Below are positions 55,839 through 64,000 of a stretch of 64,000 nt of DNA, piece by piece. A model generated the notes under the pieces. That model worked only from the letters and a program-made list of their open reading frames with translations, was not told the origin of the DNA and did no database searches. Source of the stretch: an uncultured Fibrobacterota bacterium (GTDB taxonomy: Bacteria > Fibrobacterota > Chitinivibrionia > Chitinivibrionales > CAYFVL01); contig CAZPHU010000001.1 of NCBI GenBank assembly GCA_964586285.1, forward strand, positions 63,463-127,462, in the 5' to 3' direction. The number at the start of each line of letters is the position of its first letter. Within the stretch, counting starts at the first letter, position 1. A program made the position numbers and the translations under genes.

Positions 55839-55902
55839 CTTGATACCGGTATCGATGCCGATGTTAATACCGCCCGGATATCGGTAAGAAAAACACACAC
55901 AT

Positions 55903-55942
55903 CCGTTGCAGCCGACCCGTTGCAGTCAACCCGTTGCGCAAC
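55903..55942. repeat. Three tandem copies of a ~14-nt direct repeat, CCGTTGCAG(C/T)C(G/A)AC
   Basis: Read directly: CCGTTGCAGCCGAC, CCGTTGCAGTCAAC and CCGTTGCGCAAC. A related CTGTTGCACC follows about 20 nt later. The repeats lie between the hybrid kinase and the thioredoxin gene. Confidence 0.6.
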
Positions 55943-56118
55943 ATCTTAACATGTAATAACTGTTGCACCTCCATACTGTTCACACTCGCTTAGGTAACAA
56001 AACGTTCTATTTTAGGCCATTTAGCCCGTATTTTTGAGATACAGCATTGTGGCATGCATTTTGATTTGTTTGTTGAGTACAGATGTATGATGCAACACTT
56101 TCACACGGGAGCGATTCA

Positions 56119-56565
56119 ATGAAACATGGTCCAGATCTATTCAAGGGAAGATACTTTTCAACTACCGCAACGGTAATGCTGTTTTTGCTTTCGGTTTTTT
56201 TCACGGCCGAATCGTCGACGGGATCACAGAAAACCGAATCGGTAAGGCATATCAACAGCGTAGAAGAATTTAAAGACGTGATCGAATCCTCCGAAGATCG
56301 GCTTCTTGTCTTTGACCTATATGCCGACTGGTGCATGCCCTGTAAGATACTGGGCCCCCGGCTCGAGAAAGTAGCGGCCGAGAATCAGCAGTTCGCTTCG
56401 GTTTACAAAATCAACGTGGATAAACATCCAGGCATAGCGGGTATGTTCGGGACAAGAGGTATACCGTTTGTTGTTTTTGTCAAGGGAAAAACCGCAGTAC
56501 ACGCCGTTACCGGAGTTCAGCCCGAGGAGGTTTATGAAGATGCCATACGAAAATATTTCGAGTAG
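56119..56565 (+). CDS. Membrane-anchored or secreted thioredoxin-family protein (WCMPC active site)
   Basis: An N-terminal hydrophobic segment is present. VFDLYADWCMPCKILGP and GIPFVVF are classical thioredoxin-fold motifs. The ATG at 56119 lies 7 nt after GGGAG. Confidence 0.85.
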   Translation: MKHGPDLFKGRYFSTTATVMLFLLSVFFTAESSTGSQKTESVRHINSVEEFKDVIESSEDRLLVFDLYADWCMPCKILGPRLEKVAAENQQFASVYKINVDKHPGIAGMFGTRGIPFVVFVKGKTAVHAVTGVQPEEVYEDAIRKYFE

Positions 56566-56716
56566 AACCGCTTGAAATTTTCGCCGGGCATTACTCTGTA
56601 TTTAGAAGAAATGCATTGTCATAGTCCCCGATAGAGAGGAGCTGATCGGTCAGGTTTTCGATGTATCGTTCGCCTTCGTTCAATTCCAACGTAATCGGCT
56701 GTTTTTGGCCTTGCAG

Positions 56717-57385
56717 TTACCTCTCTTCCATTCTTTGCCAAAACGATGGAGCGATTGTAAGCGATGTGCCCTCCCAGATCAACGCTCCTTCGGCTTTTAA
56801 GCGGACAAGCAAACGTGAAAGCGTCTCGGGGGTCGTTGCGATAGCATTGGCCACATCTTTTTTGGAAAGAGAAATGGATGCTTTCTGTTTTATCCCGATG
56901 TGCTCTTTAAGGAAAATCACCAAACGATCCTCCACATCATGTGCAGACAATGAACGTATCTGTTCGGCAAGATAGCGCATTTTCCTCATCATTGCGGCCA
57001 AAAAATCATCCCGAAACATCTCATTTGCAAGCAGACATTTAAACTGATGCTTTGGTATCATGTAAACCATACCTGTTTTGAGCGCAACCGCATTGACCGG
57101 ATAGCTGCTTTGTTCAAACAGTATAACCTCCGCAAACATTTCCCCAGGATTTATAATTTTTATTACTATCGGTTTACCTTCGGGTGATGTTTTATACAAC
57201 TGAACAAGTCCGGTTACCAGTATGTAAATCGAGTGCCCCGGATCACCTTCCAGAAAAAGAATCTGCTTTTTTGTCAGATGTTTCTCCAGGCAAATATCGG
57301 CAAGTGACAGAAGACTTTTTTCCGATATCGATTCAAACAGACTGATTCGCGACAGTATTTCCTCTTTTGTTACCCCTGCAGGCAT
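56717..57385 (-). CDS. Crp/Fnr-family transcriptional regulator (candidate HcpR-type regulator)
   Basis: A cNMP-binding-like beta-roll (FLEGDPGHSIYILVTGLVQLY) and a C-terminal HTH (ATTPETLSRLLVRLKAEG) are present; the HTH shares the E--SR recognition residues of FNR. There is no FNR-type N-terminal Cys cluster. Confidence 0.85.
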   Translation of the reverse strand: MPAGVTKEEILSRISLFESISEKSLLSLADICLEKHLTKKQILFLEGDPGHSIYILVTGLVQLYKTSPEGKPIVIKIINPGEMFAEVILFEQSSYPVNAVALKTGMVYMIPKHQFKCLLANEMFRDDFLAAMMRKMRYLAEQIRSLSAHDVEDRLVIFLKEHIGIKQKASISLSKKDVANAIATTPETLSRLLVRLKAEGALIWEGTSLTIAPSFWQRMEER

Positions 57386-57449
57386 CGCTTTACTTTCCTT
57401 TGACTAAATATTACAAACCAAGCTCAAGCCTGGATTCCAGACTCTTAAC

Positions 57450-59771
57450 TCACCCCATCACACCTTCAATAACCGCAAGCAGCTCTTTTGTTTGAAAAGG
57501 TTTTTTAATCAAACCCACGGCTCCCATCCTGTCGATATCTATCGACTCCCTGTCCCCGCAATAGCCTGTCGAGGCAATCACCTTGATTTGACGATCTATA
57601 TCTTTTAGCCTCTTTATAAACTCTTCACCACTAATATAAGGCATGATCATGTCTGTAATTACAAGATCTATTGATTGCCGGTGCTTTCGAAAATAGGTAA
57701 GAGCTTCCCTGGGATCATTAAACTCTACCGTATCATGCCCCGCAACCTTGAGCATCATGGCCGCCGCCCGACATACCAGGCTCTCATCATCCACGACAAC
57801 AATTCGATATCGCTTTCCGGGTTCTATAAAAGCGGGGCGCTTAGGTCTGTATCCATGACCCGCGGGTTGAACAACCGGAAGAAAAATATCAAAGCAGGTA
57901 CCCTCATTTTCCGTGCTGCACACCTCGATTGTACCGTTTGTTTTATTAACAGTCTCGTAAATCGCGGCCAGTCCCAATCCCGTCCCCTTACCTTTTCTCT
58001 TGGTTGTAAAGAACGGCTCGAATATCCGGTCTATAATTTCCGGCTTGATGCCGACTCCCGTGTCGCTCACACGTACATGAAGGCAGTTGTCACAGCTTAG
58101 TTGAGAAGGGACTTTATCCTTTTCTACCACATTCGTTTCGAAGGTAATGGCCCCTCCCCGGGGCATGGCATCCCGGGCATTTATCCCCAGATTCAAAAAT
58201 GCACTTTGAAGGTATGCGGGATCACCCAGCACAAAGGAATTTGACGCATTAAATATACGACTGATTGTAATATTCTTTTCGATACTGCGCTCCAGTAAAC
58301 CCGTTACCTCGAGAAGAATCGAATGAATGTTGACAACCACCGGATTGTACTGCCCCCTTTGAGAAAACGCCAGCAGCTTGTTTACAAGATCCGCCGCGTG
58401 TCTGCTTGCCGACAGTATGCTTTGCGCATAGTCGCGAACCAACTCCACCTTATCGGCTTCGATACATATCAGATCCGCATATCCCATGATCCCCGCAAGC
58501 TGATTATTAAAATCATGAGCCACTCCCCCCGCCAGTCTGCCGACAGCTTCCATTTTCTCCGAGTGACGAAGCCGCGCTTCCATCTGCCTTCTTTCAGTCA
58601 CATCCCCGGCAATGATAAGATAAACCTTCTCCGCACCGGTTTCAACCAATGTAATTGAAACGTTGCATTCAATCAACTCACCGCATTTCTTTTCGAAAAA
58701 CCAGTCAAATGAATAAACATCGCCTACAGCCAAATCAAAAAGAGCGTTTTTCATATTCTCCAGCGTATTTGCATTTTCCGGCTGACATTTCGGAGAAAGA
58801 TCGATCGGCGATTTTCCCAGCAACTCCTCGCTGCTGAATCCAAAAAGTTTCTGTGCCTGCATATTGGCCTGAACTACCCGCGGGATATGGTCCTCAACTT
58901 TCAGCATCATGATAGCTTCACCCGCATGCTCAAACAACGCGCGATACTTGCGCTCAGATTTCGCGCATTCAAGCGCCACCATTTTCTTCTCCGTAATATC
59001 TCTTCCCGCTGCGGTTACACCGCAAATCTCCCCGCGCTCATTGCGAATCGGATTGAAAGACAGCGAGAGCCATCGCACACCCCTTCTCGTAAGCGCCCGT
59101 AATTCCGCCTGAAGCTGCTTGCCCCGTAAAACCTGACTTACAATTTCTTCGACCGAAGCTCCGTCGTCGTCGTGTATCAGCGACACGAAATCTTTTGCGT
59201 AAAGTTCTTCCTTGCTTCCTTCGAAAAGATCCAGAAAAGAAGAGTTGATAAAAAGATACTTACCCGAAATGTCAAGCTGAACAATCAAATCGGTTTGCAC
59301 CTCGAACAATGACCGATATCTGTGTTCGGTCTCGGCCGCTCGATGATTGGCCCTTTGGTATTGCGTTACATCCTGGAAAGTTAACGTGCACCGTCTTTCC
59401 CCGTTGTGAAAAGCATGCATCTCAAAGACCCTTTTTAGTTGTTCTTCCTCTAAGCTGATAAGGCATTTACTCCAGGGTTCCCCACCCCGGGCCACAAGCT
59501 TGAGTTTGCGCACATCAGCCTCACTTATACCCTCGATTGCCTCCTGAATCGCCTTACCTTGCTGACTACTCCCCAGAAGCTCATCCGCACGAATGTTTGA
59601 CTCTTCAAGGATAAGCCTCTTTCGATTATCGAGTCGATATCGATGGATTCCAATAGGTATGCGATCCAGATCATATTCGAGCCTGAGATTACGGGCCTCA
59701 AGATTTTCAATGCGCTCTATCAATTCTTTTCGCGTCAACTTATCATGCTCAGTCAACTGTACTCTCCGCAA
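57450..59771 (-). CDS. Hybrid sensor histidine kinase (3x PAS, HisKA, HATPase, REC), cytoplasmic
   Basis: PAS modules are present, as are the H-box ([17 protein letters not shown]), G boxes (DTGVGI, GTGLGLA) and REC (IVVVDDES...DLVITDMIMPYISG). It appears to start at TTG. Confidence 0.88.
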   Translation of the reverse strand: MRRVQLTEHDKLTRKELIERIENLEARNLRLEYDLDRIPIGIHRYRLDNRKRLILEESNIRADELLGSSQQGKAIQEAIEGISEADVRKLKLVARGGEPWSKCLISLEEEQLKRVFEMHAFHNGERRCTLTFQDVTQYQRANHRAAETEHRYRSLFEVQTDLIVQLDISGKYLFINSSFLDLFEGSKEELYAKDFVSLIHDDDGASVEEIVSQVLRGKQLQAELRALTRRGVRWLSLSFNPIRNERGEICGVTAAGRDITEKKMVALECAKSERKYRALFEHAGEAIMMLKVEDHIPRVVQANMQAQKLFGFSSEELLGKSPIDLSPKCQPENANTLENMKNALFDLAVGDVYSFDWFFEKKCGELIECNVSITLVETGAEKVYLIIAGDVTERRQMEARLRHSEKMEAVGRLAGGVAHDFNNQLAGIMGYADLICIEADKVELVRDYAQSILSASRHAADLVNKLLAFSQRGQYNPVVVNIHSILLEVTGLLERSIEKNITISRIFNASNSFVLGDPAYLQSAFLNLGINARDAMPRGGAITFETNVVEKDKVPSQLSCDNCLHVRVSDTGVGIKPEIIDRIFEPFFTTKRKGKGTGLGLAAIYETVNKTNGTIEVCSTENEGTCFDIFLPVVQPAGHGYRPKRPAFIEPGKRYRIVVVDDESLVCRAAAMMLKVAGHDTVEFNDPREALTYFRKHRQSIDLVITDMIMPYISGEEFIKRLKDIDRQIKVIASTGYCGDRESIDIDRMGAVGLIKKPFQTKELLAVIEGVMG

Positions 59772-60094
59772 GCAATTAGTTCGGGAATTTTGACAGATTT
59801 TCTAAATCTTAAATTCATAGTCCGACAAAAACGCGTCTTTTACCCGATTACATGTCCACTTGTTTGATCATGGTCGGAATTTCGAGCAGCCCAGAGAAGG
59901 AATCCCGGAAACCGATCAAGACTTGCCGGATCAGACTTAAAAATAGTCTATCGGCCACAATTTTCCCTACATATCAAAGAACAAGGCCAATAGACCCCAA
60001 CCGCCGCTCATCGTAATGGCCGGGGCTGATATCATATCATAACCTGTGTTTTTTGGAACAGTCACCCATGGGACAGCACCTTTTATCATTTCTC

Positions 60095-60108
60095 TTGATT
60101 CACATCAA
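60095..60108. promoter_or_regulatory. Perfect FNR/CRP-type box TTGAT-TCAC-ATCAA upstream of the ferredoxin-hcp operon
   Basis: Read directly. The box centre lies about 100 nt upstream of the ATG at 60202, in the divergent region next to the operon encoding the Crp/Fnr regulator. Confidence 0.5.
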
Positions 60109-60201
60109 GGTTATAATCCCCTTTGGTTCGTATCTTTATAACATGGCAAACGACAATGCGTCCGGATCAAAGGACACCAACATAAAGCAGGAGGAATTCT
60201 A

Positions 60202-61050
60202 ATGAAACGCAAGGTTATCGAAATAGACCCAAAATCATGCAACGGCTGCGGAGTATGTATCCCAAACTGTCCGGAAGGGGCAATTCAGATCATCGACGGA
60301 AAGGCTCGTCTGATAAGTGACCTGTTCTGCGACGGGCTTGGGGCCTGCATAGGTAACTGTCCTGTGGGAGCAATCAGTGTCATCGAACGCGAAGCCCAAG
60401 CCTATGACGAGCCTCGCGTGATGGAAAACATCATCAAACAAGGCCCAAACACCATAAAGGCCCATCTTAAACATCTGGACGATCACAACCAGGAGGAATT
60501 CCTCCGACAGGCAATTGCAGTGCTGAAGGAGAAGGGAATCGATATACCCGAGTACAAGGAGAAACAAACAATGCATGCACCTCACGCTTCCGGCGGATGC
60601 CCCGGATCACAGGCGATGTCTTTCGCGAAACGTGAAAACAACCAGCCTCAAGACTCCACTCGCCGCCCCTCAAAGCTTGGCCACTGGCCGATTCAGATGC
60701 ACCTGATATCGCCCCACGCCCCTCACTATAAGGGCGCGGACGTGCTTCTGGCCGCGGACTGCGTGGCTTTCTCCATGGGCGATTTTCATCGGGACTTCCT
60801 CGATGGCAAGGCTCTTGCTATAGCCTGCCCCAAACTGGATGATGGTAAGGATGTGTATGTGGCTAAGATCAAGGCTCTGATCGATGAGGCCAAAATCGAC
60901 ACCCTGACCGTCATGATGATGCAGGTACCCTGCTGTAGTGGACTTCTTCGCCTGGCCCAACAAGCTGCCGATGAGGCACAACGCAAAGTTCCGATCAAAA
61001 CCATTGTGGTTAGCCTGGAGGGTGAAATCATTCGGGAAGAGTGGGTCTAA
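60202..61050 (+). CDS. 4Fe-4S dicluster ferredoxin-domain protein with a Cys-containing C-terminal domain (hcp-associated)
   Basis: CNGCGVCIPNCP and CDGLGACIGNCP are two ferredoxin-type cluster motifs. The C-half carries conserved Cys (LAADCVAF, IACPKLDD, VPCCSG). It lies immediately upstream of hcp. Confidence 0.8.
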   Translation: MKRKVIEIDPKSCNGCGVCIPNCPEGAIQIIDGKARLISDLFCDGLGACIGNCPVGAISVIEREAQAYDEPRVMENIIKQGPNTIKAHLKHLDDHNQEEFLRQAIAVLKEKGIDIPEYKEKQTMHAPHASGGCPGSQAMSFAKRENNQPQDSTRRPSKLGHWPIQMHLISPHAPHYKGADVLLAADCVAFSMGDFHRDFLDGKALAIACPKLDDGKDVYVAKIKALIDEAKIDTLTVMMMQVPCCSGLLRLAQQAADEAQRKVPIKTIVVSLEGEIIREEWV

Positions 61051-61191
61051 CTCCAATTCTCTTGATACGGATCAAGGAAATGAAAAACCGCTTAGTCTAT
61101 CTTTATTAATGACAAATGAATGAACATAAAAAACAAATTACTGATTACTAAGTAGATGTACTTTCTTAACCACAAATAAAGGAGTTTTCCC

Positions 61192-62841
61192 ATGAACATG
61201 TTTTGCTTTCAATGTGAACAGGCTGCCAAGGGTACAGGATGCGAAGTTAGCGGCGTGTGTGGAAAGAAACCGGAGGTTGCCGCACTGCAGGATGTGCTTA
61301 TCTATCAGCTCAAGGGTATAGGATACCTGGCACATCAGGCCCGCCTTAGCGGTGTCTCGGATGATGAGATCAATCGTTTTACGGTCGAGGGGCTTTTTAC
61401 CACGGTAACCAATGTCGATTTCGATCCTCAGCGTCTTATAGGATGGATCGAAAAGGGCGAACAGATGCGCCAAAAAGCCGCGCGGCTGCTGAGCCAAACA
61501 GGGAAAGCTCCTGATGCTTCCTCTTGGCCCGCACCTGCAAACTATACACCCAAAAACAGTGTGGAAGAGCTGGTCGGGGAAGCGGCGGTTATTGACGGCA
61601 TCGGTGTATTGACCGCTACACCCCAGGAGGACATTCGATCACTCAAGGAGCTTTTGACATACGGACTCAAGGGAATGGCCGCCTACGCCGATCATGCCTA
61701 TATTCTTGGCAAGAAGGATGAAGCGATCTTCGCTTTCATTCATGAGGCGCTCAGTGCTCTTACCGAGGATGATATCACCATGGAGCGTCTGGTCGATTTG
61801 AACATGCGCTGCGGAAAGACAAATATTCGCACGATGGAGATTCTTGATGAGGGTCACACCAGCCACTTTGGTCATCCCGAGCCCACTCCAGTGCATCGCG
61901 GCCTCAAGAAGGGTCCCGCTATTGTGGTCAGCGGTCACGATCTGGTCGATCTGGAAGAGCTTCTCAAGCAGACCGAAGGAACCGGTGTGAATGTTTACAC
62001 TCACAGCGAAATGCTTCCCGCGCACGGTTATCCGGGTCTAAAAAAGTACAAGCATCTGGCGGGACATTTCGGCACGGCCTGGCAGAATCAGCAACAAGAG
62101 TTCGATGGTGTTCCGGCCGCTTTTCTGTTCACCACCAACTGTATTCAGAAACCCCGCGACTCCTACAAGGATCAGGTTTTTACGAGTGGTATTGTAGCGT
62201 GGCCCGATGTGACGCATATCAAAAACCGGGATTTTACACCGGTGATCCAGAAGGCAAAGCAGCTGGGGGGTTACGATGAAGATCAGCCCGCAAAGCAGCT
62301 GATGACCGGATTTGCACGCAATGCGGTTCTCGGCGTTGCCGATAAGGTTGTGGAAGGTGTCAAGAGTGGTGCGATCAGGCATTTCTTCTTGGTGGGAGGC
62401 TGTGACGGGGCCAAACCCGGACGTAATTACTACACCGAACTGGTTGAAAAGTCTCCCAAAGACACGATCATTCTGACCCTGGCCTGCGGAAAGTTCAGAT
62501 TCAACGATCTTGAAATCGGCGACATAGGCGGAATCCCGCGTCTTCTGGATGTAGGACAGTGTAACGATTCTTATTCTGCAATCAAGATAGCCGAGGCGCT
62601 GGCGGGAGCGTTTGAGTGCGGCGTAAACGATCTGCCTTTAAGCCTGATTCTCTCCTGGTATGAGCAGAAAGCGGTTGTTATTCTTCTGTCGCTTCTATCG
62701 CTTGGAATCAAGGGCATTCGCCTGGGTCCGACACTGCCGGCGTTTATCACGCCCAATGTGCTGAACTTCCTGGTGGAGAATTTCGATATCAAACCGGTAA
62801 CCACCGCGGAAGAAGACCTCCAAGCAGTGCTTGGGAAATAA
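61192..62841 (+). CDS. hcp: Hybrid cluster protein / hydroxylamine reductase
   Basis: MNMFCFQCEQAAKGTGC...GVCGK is the characteristic N-terminal Cys cluster. The 549-aa length and the remaining sequence (FLVGGCDG, LACGKFRF, GQCNDSYS, SWYEQKAV) are typical of Hcp. Confidence 0.95.
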   Translation: MNMFCFQCEQAAKGTGCEVSGVCGKKPEVAALQDVLIYQLKGIGYLAHQARLSGVSDDEINRFTVEGLFTTVTNVDFDPQRLIGWIEKGEQMRQKAARLLSQTGKAPDASSWPAPANYTPKNSVEELVGEAAVIDGIGVLTATPQEDIRSLKELLTYGLKGMAAYADHAYILGKKDEAIFAFIHEALSALTEDDITMERLVDLNMRCGKTNIRTMEILDEGHTSHFGHPEPTPVHRGLKKGPAIVVSGHDLVDLEELLKQTEGTGVNVYTHSEMLPAHGYPGLKKYKHLAGHFGTAWQNQQQEFDGVPAAFLFTTNCIQKPRDSYKDQVFTSGIVAWPDVTHIKNRDFTPVIQKAKQLGGYDEDQPAKQLMTGFARNAVLGVADKVVEGVKSGAIRHFFLVGGCDGAKPGRNYYTELVEKSPKDTIILTLACGKFRFNDLEIGDIGGIPRLLDVGQCNDSYSAIKIAEALAGAFECGVNDLPLSLILSWYEQKAVVILLSLLSLGIKGIRLGPTLPAFITPNVLNFLVENFDIKPVTTAEEDLQAVLGK

Positions 62842-62864
62842 GAATCAGAGTCAAAAAACATGTT

Positions 62865-62935
62865 CAGAGTCGAGAGAAGAGAGATGAGTTCAAAACTATT
62901 CTCACTCGACTCTCGACTCTGAATTTTGGATTTTC
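62865..62935 (+). terminator. Rho-independent terminator after hcp
   Basis: CAGAGTCGAGAG (62865-62876) pairs with CTCTCGACTCTG (62910-62921). AATTTTGGATTTT follows. Confidence 0.65.
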
Positions 62936-63155
62936 ATGCACTTTGAAGCCCGTGCCTCTGAGCTTAGCCGGGCAATTCTGCCTTTTGTCTGAACTGTGAT
63001 CCGTCTGATTTGTGATGGATTCTGATGAGACTGACCCTGTTATCAGGCATTTGTTGATAAAAGCGAATCTATTTTATGGACCTCAATGATCACCTTATGA
63101 TGATCTTTTGTGATAGTGCCGGATTGCAAAAGCAAACCGGCACATTGTTTACGGC

Positions 63156-64000
63156 TTAGATTAGGCCCGGCGCTTCGATCTCCTCCGCCATGATTTTGAG
63201 TCCACTCTCCATCTCTTCTTCGCTGCATTGAGTGAAGTTCAACCTCATGCACTTAAGCTCTTTCTCTCCCGCGAAAAATGATGCTCCGTCGGCGAAGGCC
63301 ACATCCCTTTTCAGACATTTACGAAGAAGCCCCTGAGCGCTTGTGCCGTTGCGAAGCGATGCCCAGAAAAACATACCTCCGCGTGGGTTGTTCCATTCCA
63401 TCTTGTCACTGAGGTATTTGTTCATGTACAGATTCATTTTGTCACGTTGTCCGGTGTAAAAGGACCTGTTCCTTTCCAGATGATTTTTAAGATCCAGTCT
63501 CTTTAACACTTCACATAGCAGAAGCTGCTGAAAGAGTCCCGTGCACAGATCCGCCGCCTGTTTAACGGTTATCATAGCCTCAATTATACCAGTGTTGGAC
63601 CACACCCAGCCTAGTCTAAACCCGGGAGATACCATTTTGGAAAATGTTCCCAAAAAGACAGCTCTCTCTGCTCCCATTGCGCTTATGGGCGGCGGAGGTG
63701 CCTGATCGTAGTAGAGTTGGCTGTAGGGATCATCCTCCACCACCAGACAACCTTCCCTGTTCAAAATATCGACTATCTGCGCACGACGACTAAGGCCGCA
63801 GCAGGTTCCCGACGGATTCTGAAACGAGGGGATGGTGTAAAAGAAAGCGTGCTTGTGTTTTCTGAGCTTGCTCCGAATACACTCCGGCACCGGCCCCTCA
63901 TCGTCCATGATCACCTCGTCGTACCGAGGCTCATATGCGGCAAAGGCCTGGAGGGCGGCAAGGTAGGTCGGGCGTTCAACCAAAAGGTGTGCACCGGGAT
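63156..64000 (-). CDS. PLP-dependent aminotransferase (class I/II, COG1167/ARO8-like), C-terminal part; the gene continues past the right edge
   Basis: FSKMVSPGFRLGW contains the PLP-lysine SxxK region. The frame stays open to position 64000, reading ..PGAHLLVERPTY (the GDxVxxExPxY motif). Confidence 0.8.
   Translation of the reverse strand, partial: PGAHLLVERPTYLAALQAFAAYEPRYDEVIMDDEGPVPECIRSKLRKHKHAFFYTIPSFQNPSGTCCGLSRRAQIVDILNREGCLVVEDDPYSQLYYDQAPPPPISAMGAERAVFLGTFSKMVSPGFRLGWVWSNTGIIEAMITVKQAADLCTGLFQQLLLCEVLKRLDLKNHLERNRSFYTGQRDKMNLYMNKYLSDKMEWNNPRGGMFFWASLRNGTSAQGLLRKCLKRDVAFADGASFFAGEKELKCMRLNFTQCSEEEMESGLKIMAEEIEAPGLI

Noticed and set aside
55903-55942. Could the tandem repeats be a miniature CRISPR array?
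   Set aside because: The repeats are directly adjacent 14-mers without spacers. They are far too short, and no cas genes are present. They are reported as a repeat or regulatory candidate instead.
60112-60117. A TATAAT hexamer lies immediately after the FNR-type box upstream of the ferredoxin-hcp operon.
   Set aside because: It is only 3 nt from the box. The box would then be centred near -22, which is incompatible with class II activation at -41.5. I cannot decide by eye which -10 element is used, so no promoter is called here.
63116-63143. Hairpin GTGCCGG-N14-CCGGCAC between hcp and the aminotransferase gene, as a possible bidirectional terminator.
   Set aside because: No convincing T-tract follows on either strand, and the loop is long. 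The hcp terminator at 62865-62935 already accounts for plus-strand termination.

Overview
This 64 kb window is chromosomal DNA from a Gram-negative-type bacterium that is probably anaerobic and flagellated. GC looks mid-40s % by eye; I did not compute it. I can support about 50 protein-coding genes. I recognised no rRNA, tRNA or CRISPR array, and the only mobile DNA is a decayed IS3 transposase fragment. From left to right the window holds:
- A cell-envelope polysaccharide cluster: GT4, an O-antigen-ligase-like protein, a NodB deacetylase, a GNAT and a CPBP protease.
- An IS3 relic followed by a gene-poor stretch of about 1 kb.
- An N-epsilon-acetyl-beta-lysine osmolyte locus, in which ablA and ablB are split by an amino-acid ABC importer.
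- A 1121-aa surface protein, then four small orphan membrane or secreted proteins.
- A GH1 beta-glucosidase plus GH94 phosphorylase operon.
- A START-like protein, a secreted hypothetical and a 752-aa GT4 fusion protein.
- Housekeeping genes: engB, trpD, aroD, gnd, pdxB and hldD.
- Two radical-SAM genes.
- A DUF1573-type secreted protein interrupted by one in-frame TGA.
- A 982-aa multidomain beta-barrel/TPR/PD40 protein.
- A yegU/yegV-like ADP-ribosylglycohydrolase plus PfkB kinase pair.
- A HAMP-GGDEF plus TPR/TonB_C operon.
- A sigma54 two-component, TPR and FapA cluster, and an orphan fliN.
- Two paralogous hybrid histidine kinases.
- A thioredoxin, a Crp/Fnr regulator, and a divergent ferredoxin-hcp operon preceded by a perfect TTGAT-N4-ATCAA box.

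The most interesting signal is the TGA at 30244-30246. It falls exactly on the first Cys of the conserved CGC motif of the DUF1573 domain. A GC-rich hairpin with a GGUC apical loop lies downstream. Together these make it a candidate new selenoprotein. All functional calls come from reading the supplied translations and from hand translation; no database search was run.
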